Below the pieces are notes generated by a model, which worked only from the letters and a program-made list of their open reading frames with translations, was not told where the DNA came from and searched no databases. Below, piece after piece: positions 9,656 through 19,452 of a stretch of 43,577 bases of DNA. How positions within the stretch are numbered: position 1 is the stretch's first letter; each line of letters opens with the position of its first letter. Source of the stretch: Candidatus Latescibacterota bacterium (lineage in GTDB: Bacteria > Latescibacterota > UBA2968 > UBA8231); the NCBI GenBank assembly GCA_965205655.1, contig CBDBIJ010000128.1:1-43577 (forward strand). The letters are read 5' to 3'. The translations under genes were made by a program, and so were the position numbers.

Positions 9656-9684
9656 ACATTACCAATCTGGTGGCGGAATGTCAA
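9656..9684 (-). promoter_or_regulatory. Sigma-70-type promoter for the RHH-nadA(-fliG) unit
   Basis: TTGACA (9684-9679), 17-nt spacer, TAATGT (9661-9656) with an upstream TG; AT-rich leader. Confidence 0.6.
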
Positions 9685-9706
9685 CTTGATTTTGGAGCCA
9701 GTGCTC

Positions 9707-11143
9707 TCAGCTGATCTGTTCACCTGAGCGGTGCAGCTTGAGCATGTTCGTCGTCCCCTGCCGCGTGCTGGGAGTGCCGGCGAGAACGACCACCGTGTCT
9801 CCTGGACGCAGTACCTGCTCAGCCTGCAGGGCCCCGTCGACGGATTCGATCATGGCCTCGGTCTCTTCGATGAATTCAGACAGCCGCGGCAGGACGCCCC
9901 AGTAGAGGCAGAGTCGACGCTGAACTGCTTCGTGCTGGGTGTAGGCGTAGATCGGTATCGGAGGGCGATACTTCGAAATCAGGCGCGCTGTAAACCCGGA
10001 CTGAGTGAAGGCGACGATCGCCGCCGCCTTGACGTCATCGGCGGCCCGGCAGGCGCTGTCGGCGACTGCGTCGGGAAAGTTGGCGGGGTCGTCATCGGCG
10101 CGACGGTGCGGCGGCGCGGCCGAAGCTCCACTGTTGAGCTCCGCTTCGCGGACGATTCGGTCCATCATCCGCACCGCCTGGATCGGGTGGCGACCCACGG
10201 CGGTCTCTCCTGACAGCATCACCGCGTCAGTGCCGTCGAGGATGGCGTTCGCCACATCGGACGCCTCCGCCCGCGTCGGCCTCGGCTTGTCGATCATGGA
10301 CTCCAGCATTTGGGTGGCTGTGATCACGGGGACCCGGTAGGCCACAGCCTTGGCGATAATCGTCTTCTGGAAAAAGGGAACGCGCTCGGGCGGCAGCTCC
10401 ACACCGAGATCACCTCGTGCTATCATTACCGCATCGGCGACCTCGAGGATCTCGTCGACGCAGTCGATGGCTTCCGGTTTTTCGAGCTTGGCGACCACGG
10501 GGGTCGTGGCGCCCGCGCCACGGATGAGCTCTTGAAGCTCCAGGATATCGGAGGCCTGCCTGACAAAGCTGAGAGCGACGTAGTCGACGGCCTGGTCGAG
10601 TCCGAATTCCAGGTCTCGCCGGTCTTTCTCGGTCAGCGACGCAGTGCTGAGCCGAGCGCCTGGAAGGTTCATGCCGGCGCGCCCGCGAAGGACGCCGCCG
10701 TCGGCCACGGCACAGATCACGTCGGTGGCCGTCGTCCGCCTCACTTCGAGTCTCAGCAGGCCGTCGCTGAGCAGAATCTGATCGCCGGTTTCCATGTCGT
10801 CGGGCAACGAGCCGAAGTCGGTCGAGACCCTCGCGGCGTCGCCAGGTACCTCCTCGGTAGTGATAGCGAACGTCCCACCGGGCTCTAGTGTCACCGGGCC
10901 ATTGGCCAGGTCGCCGATGCGAATCTTGGGGCCCTGCAGGTCCTGCAGGATAGCGATAGGGCGGTCGAGCTCGGCGGAAAGGCGGCGCAGCTCGCGGATG
11001 ACGCCGGCGTGATCATCGTAGCTGCCATGCGAGAAGTTGAGCCGGGCGACATCCATACCCGCGTCCAGCAGCGAGCGCAGCTCATTCGGCTGGCGAGTTG
11101 CCGGACCTATGGTGCAGACGATTTTGGCTCTGCGATGAGTCAT
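9707..11143 (-). CDS. pyk: Pyruvate kinase
   Basis: Start MTHRRAKIVCTIGPA; ARLNFSHG, DLQGPKIR, AKLEKPEA, MIARGDLGVE, ATQMLESM, DAVMLSGETA. Confidence 0.97.
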   Translation of the reverse strand: MTHRRAKIVCTIGPATRQPNELRSLLDAGMDVARLNFSHGSYDDHAGVIRELRRLSAELDRPIAILQDLQGPKIRIGDLANGPVTLEPGGTFAITTEEVPGDAARVSTDFGSLPDDMETGDQILLSDGLLRLEVRRTTATDVICAVADGGVLRGRAGMNLPGARLSTASLTEKDRRDLEFGLDQAVDYVALSFVRQASDILELQELIRGAGATTPVVAKLEKPEAIDCVDEILEVADAVMIARGDLGVELPPERVPFFQKTIIAKAVAYRVPVITATQMLESMIDKPRPTRAEASDVANAILDGTDAVMLSGETAVGRHPIQAVRMMDRIVREAELNSGASAAPPHRRADDDPANFPDAVADSACRAADDVKAAAIVAFTQSGFTARLISKYRPPIPIYAYTQHEAVQRRLCLYWGVLPRLSEFIEETEAMIESVDGALQAEQVLRPGDTVVVLAGTPSTRQGTTNMLKLHRSGEQIS

Positions 11144-11162
11144 ATGCGACTGTGACGGTGAT

Positions 11163-12389
11163 CTACAGCGAGGCGATGCGTTCCATCGCCTCCTCGACCA
11201 CTTCGCGCTGCTGGAAGGCGGAGAGACGCAGATACCCTTCACCGGCGGCTCCGAACCCCGCGCCAGGCGTACCCACGACGTGGGTTTTGTTCAGCAGTGT
11301 GTCGAAGAAGCTCCAGCTGTCCACGCCCTCCGGCGTCTCCAGCCACAGGTACGGCGCGTTGTCCCCACCGTACACGGTGTAGCCGCAGGCGCCGAGCCTG
11401 TCGCGCATCAGGCCGGCGTTGCTGAGGTAGAACTCGATGAGCTCGCGCACCGCTGCCCGTCCCTCATCGGTGTAGGCTGCGGCGGCGGCGCGTTGCACCG
11501 GATAGGAGACTCCGTTGAACTTCGTCGACACGCGGCGATACCACAGCGGATGGATCTCCCGAGCCTCGCCGGAAGCGGTGCGGCCCATCAGCTGTCGGGG
11601 CACGACGGTGAAAGCGCAGCGCACGCCGGTAAATCCGGCGCTCTTCGAGAGTGAGCGCATCTCGATGGCCACCTCGCGCGCGCCGTCGATTTCGTAAATC
11701 GAGTGAGGAATGGCGGCGTCGGTGATGTAGCCCTCGTAGGCGGCATCGAAAAAGATGATGGCGCCTTCGCTCCTGGCGTAGCCAACCCATTCCTCGAGGG
11801 CCTCGCGACTCATCACCGCGCCCGTAGGGTTGTTGGGCGAGCACATGTAGATGAGATCGACGTGGCGGTCCGGCAACGGGGGCAGGAATCCCCGCTCGAC
11901 AATACAGGGAAGATAGACGATGCCATCGTATCGGCCCTGAGCATCCGCCTCGCCGGTACGTCCTGCCATGACGTTGCTGTCGCAGTAAACGGGGTAAACC
12001 GGATCCGTCAGCGCGATGACGTTTTCGAGGCCGAAAATCTCCTGCATGTTGGCAGAGTCGCACTTGGATCCGTCCGAGATGAAGATTTCGTCGATCTCAC
12101 AATCGACGCCCCGCGACTTGAAATCGTGCTCGACGATGGCCGCGCGGAGATCGTCCTGGCCCTGCTCGGGCGGGTAGCCCTGAAACGAGGCGTCGTGCGC
12201 CAGCTCCTCGGCCGCCGCCTTCATGGCGTCCACGATAACCCGGGGAATTCCCCTCACCACGTCACCGATTCCCATGCGGATGACGGCTGCGTCGGGGTTG
12301 GCCTGCTGAAAGCTGTTGACCCTTCGAGCGATTTCGGGAAACAGATATCCAGCCGTGAGCTTCAGATAGTTTTCGTTGATCAGCGCCAT
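11163..12389 (-). CDS. dapL: LL-diaminopimelate aminotransferase
   Basis: [75 protein letters not shown]. Confidence 0.96.
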   Translation of the reverse strand: MALINENYLKLTAGYLFPEIARRVNSFQQANPDAAVIRMGIGDVVRGIPRVIVDAMKAAAEELAHDASFQGYPPEQGQDDLRAAIVEHDFKSRGVDCEIDEIFISDGSKCDSANMQEIFGLENVIALTDPVYPVYCDSNVMAGRTGEADAQGRYDGIVYLPCIVERGFLPPLPDRHVDLIYMCSPNNPTGAVMSREALEEWVGYARSEGAIIFFDAAYEGYITDAAIPHSIYEIDGAREVAIEMRSLSKSAGFTGVRCAFTVVPRQLMGRTASGEAREIHPLWYRRVSTKFNGVSYPVQRAAAAAYTDEGRAAVRELIEFYLSNAGLMRDRLGACGYTVYGGDNAPYLWLETPEGVDSWSFFDTLLNKTHVVGTPGAGFGAAGEGYLRLSAFQQREVVEEAMERIASL

Positions 12390-12571
12390 CTACCCTCTTT
12401 CTCTTCTGCCATGGGAGCAGAATCTATGGAGCGGCTGCCACAACCTCAAGAAATGGTGGCACTTCGAACCCGCAGCGGGATACCGGATGTTTGCGCCGTT
12501 CCTTACCTTAGCGTGGCCAGACCTGGAAGCAGAGTTGAATTCACCTAACAGCGAATTGTGAGTTGTCATCG

Positions 12572-14287
12572 ATGAGCCCGGAGAACGACGGCAGCGAAAA
12601 CGGCCCAGAGGCGGACTCCCGCGACTTCATCAGGAGCATCGTCGCTGAGGATGTCGCCGGCGGTGTGCACGGCGGACGAGTCATGACTCGCTTCCCTCCC
12701 GAGCCGAACGGGTATATGCACATCGGCCACGCCAAGGCGACGTGCCTGAACTTCGGCGTCGCCGAGGAATTCGGCGGCGTCTGCAATCTCCGCTTCGAGG
12801 ACACCAATCCCGAGAAGGAGAGCATGGAGTTCGTCGAGGCGTTCGAAAAGGACGTGCGCTGGCTCGGCTTCGACTGGGGAGACCGCGAGTACTTCGCCTC
12901 CGACTACTACGAGAAATTGTTCGACTTCGCCGTGAAGCTCATAGAGAAAGGCCTGGCGTATGTCGACAGCCTGAGTGCCGATGAGATCAGGGAGCACAGA
13001 GGCACACTGACGGGGCCCGGCAAAGCCAGTCCCTTCCGGGACAGGACGGTGGCGGAGAGCCTCGACCTGTTTCAGCGTATGAGAGCCGGCCAGTTCGCCG
13101 ACGGCGAGCACGTGCTGCGGGCCAGGATCGATATGGCCTCGCCGAACATGAACATGCGCGATCCGACCTTCTACCGCATCCGGCATCAGAATCACTACCG
13201 CAGCGGCGATCAGTGGTGTATCTACCCGATGTACGACTTCACCGAATGTCTCTGCGACGCCATCGAGGGTGTCACGCATTCGCTGTGCGACATCGCCTAT
13301 GAGAATCACCGACCACTCTACGATTGGATCCTTCGGGAAGTGGAAGTCGAGAATCCTCCGCACCAGTACGAGTTCGCCCGACTGAATCTCAGCTACACCG
13401 TGTTGAGCAAGCGCCACCTGCTCCGGCTCGTCACCGAGGGGCATGTCCGGGGCTGGGACGATCCGCGTATGCCGACGGTATCCGGTATGCGACGGCGCGG
13501 CTATACCCCGGAGGCGATTCGCGCCTTCGTCCATGAGGTCGGTATCGCCAAACGCGAGAATCTCGTCGATATCGCCCTGCTTGAGCATCACGTGCGAGCC
13601 GATCTCAACAAGAGTTCCCGGCGTGTCATGGGAGTGCTGGATCCGGTGAAGCTGGTGATCGACAACTATCCCGAGGGACAGGTCGAAGAGCTCGAGGCGA
13701 TCAACAATCCCGAGGACGATGGCATGGGGACAAGAAAGGTACCGTTCTCACGCGAATTGTATGTAGAGCGGGACGACTTCCGCGAGGACCCTCCGAAGAA
13801 GTACCACCGTCTGGCGCCGGGCGCTGAAGTTCGACTGCGATATGGCTACTACGTGACCTGCGTCGACTTCGACAAGGACCCCGAATCGGGCGAGGTCACT
13901 CTCATTCGGTGCACCTACGATCCGGAGACCAGGGGAGGCTCATCTCCCGACGGACGCAGAGTCAGAGGCACCATACATTGGGTGTCGGCCGCAGATGCCC
14001 TCGACGCAGATGTGCGCCTCTACGATCGCCTGTTCGTCGTCGAGGATCCGAACCCACGGGATGCGGATTTCATCGAGCTGCTCAATCCGAATTCCGTTCA
14101 GGTGCTTTCTGGATGCAAGGTGGAACCGAGTCTGTCGGCGGCGACGCCCGGGAGTCGCTTCCAGTTCGAGCGACAGGGGTACTTCTGCGTCGACGACGAT
14201 TCCGCAGCGGGGCACCTCGTCTTCAATCGCACTGTCGCCCTGCGCGACTCCTGGGCCAAGATCGAAAAGGCAGCCAGATCCGCCTAG
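12572..14287 (+). CDS. glnS: Glutamine--tRNA ligase family protein (atypical amino-acid pocket)
   Basis: [53 protein letters not shown]; see findings for the motif deviations. Confidence 0.92.
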   Translation: MSPENDGSENGPEADSRDFIRSIVAEDVAGGVHGGRVMTRFPPEPNGYMHIGHAKATCLNFGVAEEFGGVCNLRFEDTNPEKESMEFVEAFEKDVRWLGFDWGDREYFASDYYEKLFDFAVKLIEKGLAYVDSLSADEIREHRGTLTGPGKASPFRDRTVAESLDLFQRMRAGQFADGEHVLRARIDMASPNMNMRDPTFYRIRHQNHYRSGDQWCIYPMYDFTECLCDAIEGVTHSLCDIAYENHRPLYDWILREVEVENPPHQYEFARLNLSYTVLSKRHLLRLVTEGHVRGWDDPRMPTVSGMRRRGYTPEAIRAFVHEVGIAKRENLVDIALLEHHVRADLNKSSRRVMGVLDPVKLVIDNYPEGQVEELEAINNPEDDGMGTRKVPFSRELYVERDDFREDPPKKYHRLAPGAEVRLRYGYYVTCVDFDKDPESGEVTLIRCTYDPETRGGSSPDGRRVRGTIHWVSAADALDADVRLYDRLFVVEDPNPRDADFIELLNPNSVQVLSGCKVEPSLSAATPGSRFQFERQGYFCVDDDSAAGHLVFNRTVALRDSWAKIEKAARSA

Positions 14288-14288
14288 C

Positions 14289-15773
14289 TTACGACCGGCG
14301 CCATTTCTTCTCCAGCGAGCGCTCCTTCTTCTTCGACAGCCCACCGAGTACCTCGACCGCCCTCAAGAGCCTCGCCCGCGTCATGTCGTTGTCGAGGAGG
14401 GCGATCGACTCGTAGAGCGGCGGTCCCACTCTGTGGCCCATGACGGCGGCGAACATCGGCCCCGTCACGTCGCGGATTGGCCACTCCCAGAATTCACTGA
14501 CCTCCTTTAGAGCCGCCTCGATGCCGTCTCTGTTCCAGTCCGCTATCTGCTCGAGGGCCCACACCGCTGTCTGAAACATTGGGATGACGTCCTCGGCCTC
14601 GCGATTCTTCGGCACCATTTCGTCGGGGCTTGGCTCGACCTCGCGGGCAAAGAAAAAGGAACACCGCGGCACGAAGTCGGCGAGCGTCTCCATGCGCGGC
14701 TGCATCAGCGGGATCATCTGCGATATGTAATCGTCGTTGAGGAGCCAGCCCTTCAACGCTTTCAGCAGCTCGTCCGGTGACAGGTCCTCGCGCAGGTAGC
14801 GACCGTTGAGCCAGGTCAATTTGTCGAGGTCGAACACCGACCCGCCGAGATTGATGCGGGACAAGTCGAAGCGCCGCACCAGGTCGTCGAGCCCAAACTT
14901 CTCCTCGCCTTCGTCACCGGGGGGATAGGCCATCAGCGCCATGTAGTTGAGCATGGCCTGCGGCAGGTATCCGGCGCGGCGGAAGTAGTCGACGGACGTA
15001 GGATTGCGCCGCTTCGACATCTTCGACTTGTCAGGGTTGAGGAGCAGCGGCAGATGGGTGTGCTCCGGCGGATCCCAGCCGAGCCACTCGTAGAGCAGCA
15101 GGTGCTTCGGCATGGAGTTGATCCACTCCTCTGCCCGGATGACGTGGGTGATTTCCATGAGGTGGTCGTCCACGACGACGGCGAGGTGATACGTTGGAAA
15201 GCCGTCCGATTTCAGGATGACCTGATCGTCGATTTCAGCAATGCTGAAACTGATGTCGCCCCGCAGGCTGTCGCTGACAAGGCACTCGCCCTCAGGTGGC
15301 ATTCTCATACGAATCGTATTCGCCTCACCCTGCCCGAATCGCCGGCTCACTTCGGCGCCCTCGAGGTCTCTGCAGAGACCGTCGTACCCCGAGCGTCCGC
15401 CCTTCTCGCTCTGCTCCTTGCGAAGATCTGCCAACCGCGCTGCACTACAGAAACAGTGGTAGGCGTGTCCGTCAGACACGAGCTTGAGCGCCTGCTCCCG
15501 GTACAGGTCCAGGCGCTCGCTCTGACGATACGGCCCGTACGGGCCGCCGATATCGGGACCCTCGTCCCAGGTGAGTCCCAGCCACTTCAGAGCGGCGAGC
15601 AGCCGCAATTCGTACTCGTGGCGCGAGCGCGTCTGATCGGTGTCCTCGGTACGGAGCACCAACCTGCCTTCGTACTTGCGAGCGAAGGCGACGTTGAACA
15701 ATGCGATGTAGGCGTTGCCAACGTGTGGAGCCCCGGTTGGCGACGGGGCGAAGCGCACACGGACCTGTGACAT
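14289..15773 (-). CDS. gltX: Glutamate--tRNA ligase
   Basis: RFAPSPTG.PHVG, EDTDQ, YRQSER, PTYHLAVVVDD, THVIRAEEW, KMSKR. Confidence 0.97.
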   Translation of the reverse strand: MSQVRVRFAPSPTGAPHVGNAYIALFNVAFARKYEGRLVLRTEDTDQTRSRHEYELRLLAALKWLGLTWDEGPDIGGPYGPYRQSERLDLYREQALKLVSDGHAYHCFCSAARLADLRKEQSEKGGRSGYDGLCRDLEGAEVSRRFGQGEANTIRMRMPPEGECLVSDSLRGDISFSIAEIDDQVILKSDGFPTYHLAVVVDDHLMEITHVIRAEEWINSMPKHLLLYEWLGWDPPEHTHLPLLLNPDKSKMSKRRNPTSVDYFRRAGYLPQAMLNYMALMAYPPGDEGEEKFGLDDLVRRFDLSRINLGGSVFDLDKLTWLNGRYLREDLSPDELLKALKGWLLNDDYISQMIPLMQPRMETLADFVPRCSFFFAREVEPSPDEMVPKNREAEDVIPMFQTAVWALEQIADWNRDGIEAALKEVSEFWEWPIRDVTGPMFAAVMGHRVGPPLYESIALLDNDMTRARLLRAVEVLGGLSKKKERSLEKKWRRS

Positions 15774-15980
15774 GGACTTACCATAACTCCGTCAAATGAG
15801 GGGCGCAACGTGGTATCCGTTGTTTGCGTATTCTGCTGCGGTGCATACCTTTGTGTACTCCTCCAATTTCCGCGGCAATCGATCCCCCATATCGACTCAC
15901 CATCCACTCCGTGCTCGGCAATCGGGAGCGGGGCGTCGGACTCGGAACCGCGATATACCATAGGGGTCTGCAAAATCTTC

Positions 15981-17309
15981 ATGAAGTTCACCGAACTCGA
16001 ACTGAGACCCGAAGTTCTAAACGCACTCGAAGAGATGGGTTTCGTCGAGATGACGCCGATCCAGGAGGAGGCCATCCCGCCGGTAATGGAGGGCCGTGAC
16101 CTCGTCGGCCTGGCGGAGACCGGCTCCGGTAAGACCTCGGCGTGCGCCGTACCCCTCGTCGATGGCACCGACCGGGAGCTCAATGCCATCCAGCACCTCA
16201 TTCTCGTGCCCACGCGTGAGCTTGCTCTGCAGTATGTGCAGGAGGTTGGCGAGGTCGCTCGATACGCCGACGTCGCGACCTTCGCCGTCTACGGGGGCTT
16301 CGATATGAGCATCCAAAAGGCGAAGCTCAACCACGGCGTCCATATCCTCGTGGCCACGCCGGGGCGGCTGATCGACTTCATCTGGAACACAAAGCTCGAC
16401 CTCACCCAGGTGCGTACCGTCGTCCTCGACGAGGCGGATGAGATGTTGAACATGGGATTCATCGACGACGTCGATTTCATCCTTTCGTGCCTGCTGCAGG
16501 ACCACCAGACGCTCCTGTTTTCCGCCACCATGCCCCGCGAGATCGCGGTGCTGGCCGACAAGTATCTCACCGACCCGGTGCGGGTCGAGCTCAACAGGGA
16601 CCGCAGGGCCCCCCAGTCGCTCGAGCATCACTTCCTGCATTCCGGTCACGACAGGCTCAAGACCCTCACCGGCTTCCTCGAGGGCAACGGGGTCGAGCAG
16701 GCGATCATCTTCTGCAACACTCGCGATCGCGGCTCCGAGCTGTATGGGCGGCTGCGGCGGCAGTTTTCATCGGTGGATTTCCTCCACGGAGGGTTGGACC
16801 AGAATCGACGCACCTCGATTTTCAACCGCTTCAGGGAGAAACAGATCAAGTACATGGTCGCCACGGATGTGGCCGGCCGCGGACTCGACTTCACCCACGT
16901 GAGCCACGTCATCAACTACGATTTCCCCTTCAATCCATTGACCTACACCCATCGCACCGGGCGCACGGGGCGCATGGGCCGCAAGGGCGTCGCTGTGACC
17001 CTCGTTACGGATCGGGATCTGCGAGGGCTGAAAACCCTGCTACACGCGAACCGCATCGAGCCGCTGTGGAGCGGCCGAGAGCCGGATCTTTCGGGCCTGG
17101 GGCCCTCGAGATCCCGACGGCACAGTCAGGACACCCGCAAATCGGGCGGGGGGAAGGGCAGCTCAGGAGGCCGCCGCCGCGAGCACCACGGCCCACCGCA
17201 TCACGGGGAGCATCACGGCCAGGACGGCGGCACCCGACGCAGTGGCAAGAGCCGCGGGGGCAGGGGCGGCGGGGGTAAGAGAAGGGGCGGCGGCGGTCGA
17301 GCCGCGTGA
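15981..17309 (+). CDS. DEAD-box RNA helicase with Gly/Arg/His-rich C-tail
   Basis: Q motif TPIQ, AETGSGKT, PTRELA, TPGRL, DEAD, SAT, RGLD, HRTGRTGR; start MKFTELEL at 15981. Confidence 0.95.
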   Translation: MKFTELELRPEVLNALEEMGFVEMTPIQEEAIPPVMEGRDLVGLAETGSGKTSACAVPLVDGTDRELNAIQHLILVPTRELALQYVQEVGEVARYADVATFAVYGGFDMSIQKAKLNHGVHILVATPGRLIDFIWNTKLDLTQVRTVVLDEADEMLNMGFIDDVDFILSCLLQDHQTLLFSATMPREIAVLADKYLTDPVRVELNRDRRAPQSLEHHFLHSGHDRLKTLTGFLEGNGVEQAIIFCNTRDRGSELYGRLRRQFSSVDFLHGGLDQNRRTSIFNRFREKQIKYMVATDVAGRGLDFTHVSHVINYDFPFNPLTYTHRTGRTGRMGRKGVAVTLVTDRDLRGLKTLLHANRIEPLWSGREPDLSGLGPSRSRRHSQDTRKSGGGKGSSGGRRREHHGPPHHGEHHGQDGGTRRSGKSRGGRGGGGKRRGGGGRAA

Positions 17310-17485
17310 GCCCTTGCGGGGCCTGTCGATCTTGACAGGGTGCCCACATGTGCATTAACTAAGTCATCTCCCAATCATTATCTTGGCAGGACTGTCGGCT
17401 GCACCCACCGAGTGCTGAGCCGCCCTCCTCCATCCTCCACCTCCTCGCATCGCCCTGCAAACCTGGACCACTACGACTGGAATTT

Positions 17486-19450
17486 ATGAGTACGCCTGCG
17501 CGCTCTCAGACTGACCTGTTCGAGCCCGGTTCAACCCCGGCCCGCCGCAAGAACGGGAGCCGCCGCAATGGCGGCGCAGCGCCCAAGAGCGGACGGGCGC
17601 CCGTGAACGGCAGTGGCCGGACCGGCAATAGCCCGTCCTCGGCGGTGCGCTACGACGAGAGCGTCATCAAGACGCTCAGCTCGCTCGAGCACATCCGTCT
17701 GCGCACCGGTATGTACATCGGCCGGCTGGGCGACGGCAGCGATCCCGACGACGGCATCTACATGCTCATCAAGGAGGTGATCGACAACTCCGTCGACGAA
17801 TTCATCATGGGCTTCGGCAAGAAGATCGAGGTGCAGATCGACCTCGAGTCCGGTCGGGCCGGGGTTCGCGACTACGGGCGCGGCATTCCTCTGGGCAAAC
17901 TGGTGGAGTGCGTTTCCGTCATCAACACCGGCGCCAAGTACAACGACGATGTCTTCCAGTTCAGCGTCGGACTCAACGGCGTCGGCACGAAGGCGGTGAA
18001 CGCCCTGTCGGAGCAGTTTCGCGTCGTCTCCTACCGGGATGGACGGTTCGCCGAGGCCACCTTTCAGCGGGGCCAGTTGCTCAAACAGACGAAAAGGGGC
18101 AGCGCCCCAGATGAACCGAACGGCACTCTCGTGGAGTTCGTTCCAGACCCGGAGATCTTCGGCAGCTACGCCTACAACACCGAATACATTGTACAGCGGC
18201 TGTGGAACTATGCTTGCCTGAACAGCGGCCTGACGTTGCTGATGAACGGCGACCGCTTTCAGTCCCGGAACGGTTTGCTCGATCTGCTGCGTCGGGAGAT
18301 TGGCGAAGGGGAGGGTGAGGAAGCCAGTGCCTACGAGCCGGCGCACTTCGTGTCGAAGCAGCTCGAATTCTCTTTCACCCACATCGGTGGCTACGGCGAG
18401 ATGTACCGCTCATTCGTCAACGGTCAGCACACCAGCGACGGCGGCACACACCTGAGCGCCTTTCGCGAGGGCTTGCTCAAGGGCGTCAACGAGTTCTTGC
18501 GCAAGAGCTACAGCGGCACGGATGTGCGCGAGGGGATTGCCGGCGCCGTCGCGATCAAGCTGCAGGATCCAGTGTTCGAATCACAGACCAAGAATAAGCT
18601 CGGCAATACGGATGTGCGTGGCTGGATGGTCGTCGAAGTCAAAAACGCCGTCATCGACTTCCTGCACAAGAACCGGGACGCCGCCGCTCGGATTGAAGCT
18701 CGAATCGTACAGAACGAAAAGCTCCGCAAGGAGCTCAACGCCGTGAAAAAGGAGGCCAAGGAAGCGGCCCGCAAGATTCAGATCAAGAATCCGAATCTCA
18801 AGGACTGCAAGTATCACCTCGGGCACAGACGCCACGGCGACGAGTCGACGATCTTCATCACCGAGGGTCAATCGGCGGCCGGCTCCATCGTCTCATCCCG
18901 GGACGTCAACACGCAGGCGATTTTCACCCTCAAGGGGAAACCGCAGAACACCTTCGGGCGCACCAAGGCGGACGTCTACAAGAACGAGGAGCTCTACAAC
19001 TTGATGATGGCCCTCGGCATTGAGGACGGCATCGACGGACTGCGCTACAACAACGTCGTCATCGCCACCGACGCCGATGTGGACGGATATCACATCCGCA
19101 ATCTGATCATGACATTCTTCCTCACCTATTTCGAAGAGCTCGTCGTGGCCGGCCACATCTACATACTCGAAACGCCGCTCTTCAGAGTGCGCAACAAGAA
19201 GGAAACGCTCTACTGCTACAGCGATACCGAACGCGATGCTGCGGCCGGCAAGCTGGGTAATGTCGAAATCACGCGCTTCAAGGGCTTGGGCGAAATCTCG
19301 CCGGACGAGTTCGGGCAGTTCATCGGCGACGGTATGCGCCTCGTGAAGGTGAGAGTCAGGTCCATGGCGGCGGTGCCAGGCACGCTCGAGTTCTACATGG
19401 GCAGGAACACACCCGAGCGACGCGAATACATCATGAAGAATCTGGTGTAG
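17486..19450 (+). CDS. parE: DNA topoisomerase IV subunit B (type IIA topoisomerase B subunit)
   Basis: LEHIRLRTGMYIG, EVIDNSVDE, DYGRGIP, GLNGVGTKAVNALS, ITEGQSA, IATDADVDG, RFKGLGE. Confidence 0.88.
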   Translation: MSTPARSQTDLFEPGSTPARRKNGSRRNGGAAPKSGRAPVNGSGRTGNSPSSAVRYDESVIKTLSSLEHIRLRTGMYIGRLGDGSDPDDGIYMLIKEVIDNSVDEFIMGFGKKIEVQIDLESGRAGVRDYGRGIPLGKLVECVSVINTGAKYNDDVFQFSVGLNGVGTKAVNALSEQFRVVSYRDGRFAEATFQRGQLLKQTKRGSAPDEPNGTLVEFVPDPEIFGSYAYNTEYIVQRLWNYACLNSGLTLLMNGDRFQSRNGLLDLLRREIGEGEGEEASAYEPAHFVSKQLEFSFTHIGGYGEMYRSFVNGQHTSDGGTHLSAFREGLLKGVNEFLRKSYSGTDVREGIAGAVAIKLQDPVFESQTKNKLGNTDVRGWMVVEVKNAVIDFLHKNRDAAARIEARIVQNEKLRKELNAVKKEAKEAARKIQIKNPNLKDCKYHLGHRRHGDESTIFITEGQSAAGSIVSSRDVNTQAIFTLKGKPQNTFGRTKADVYKNEELYNLMMALGIEDGIDGLRYNNVVIATDADVDGYHIRNLIMTFFLTYFEELVVAGHIYILETPLFRVRNKKETLYCYSDTERDAAAGKLGNVEITRFKGLGEISPDEFGQFIGDGMRLVKVRVRSMAAVPGTLEFYMGRNTPERREYIMKNLV

Positions 19451-19452
19451 CG

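Noticed and set aside
17130..17309. His/Gly/Arg-rich repeat-like tail of the DEAD-box helicase
   Set aside because: Disordered basic tails are common in bacterial DEAD-box proteins; not a distinct repeat element.
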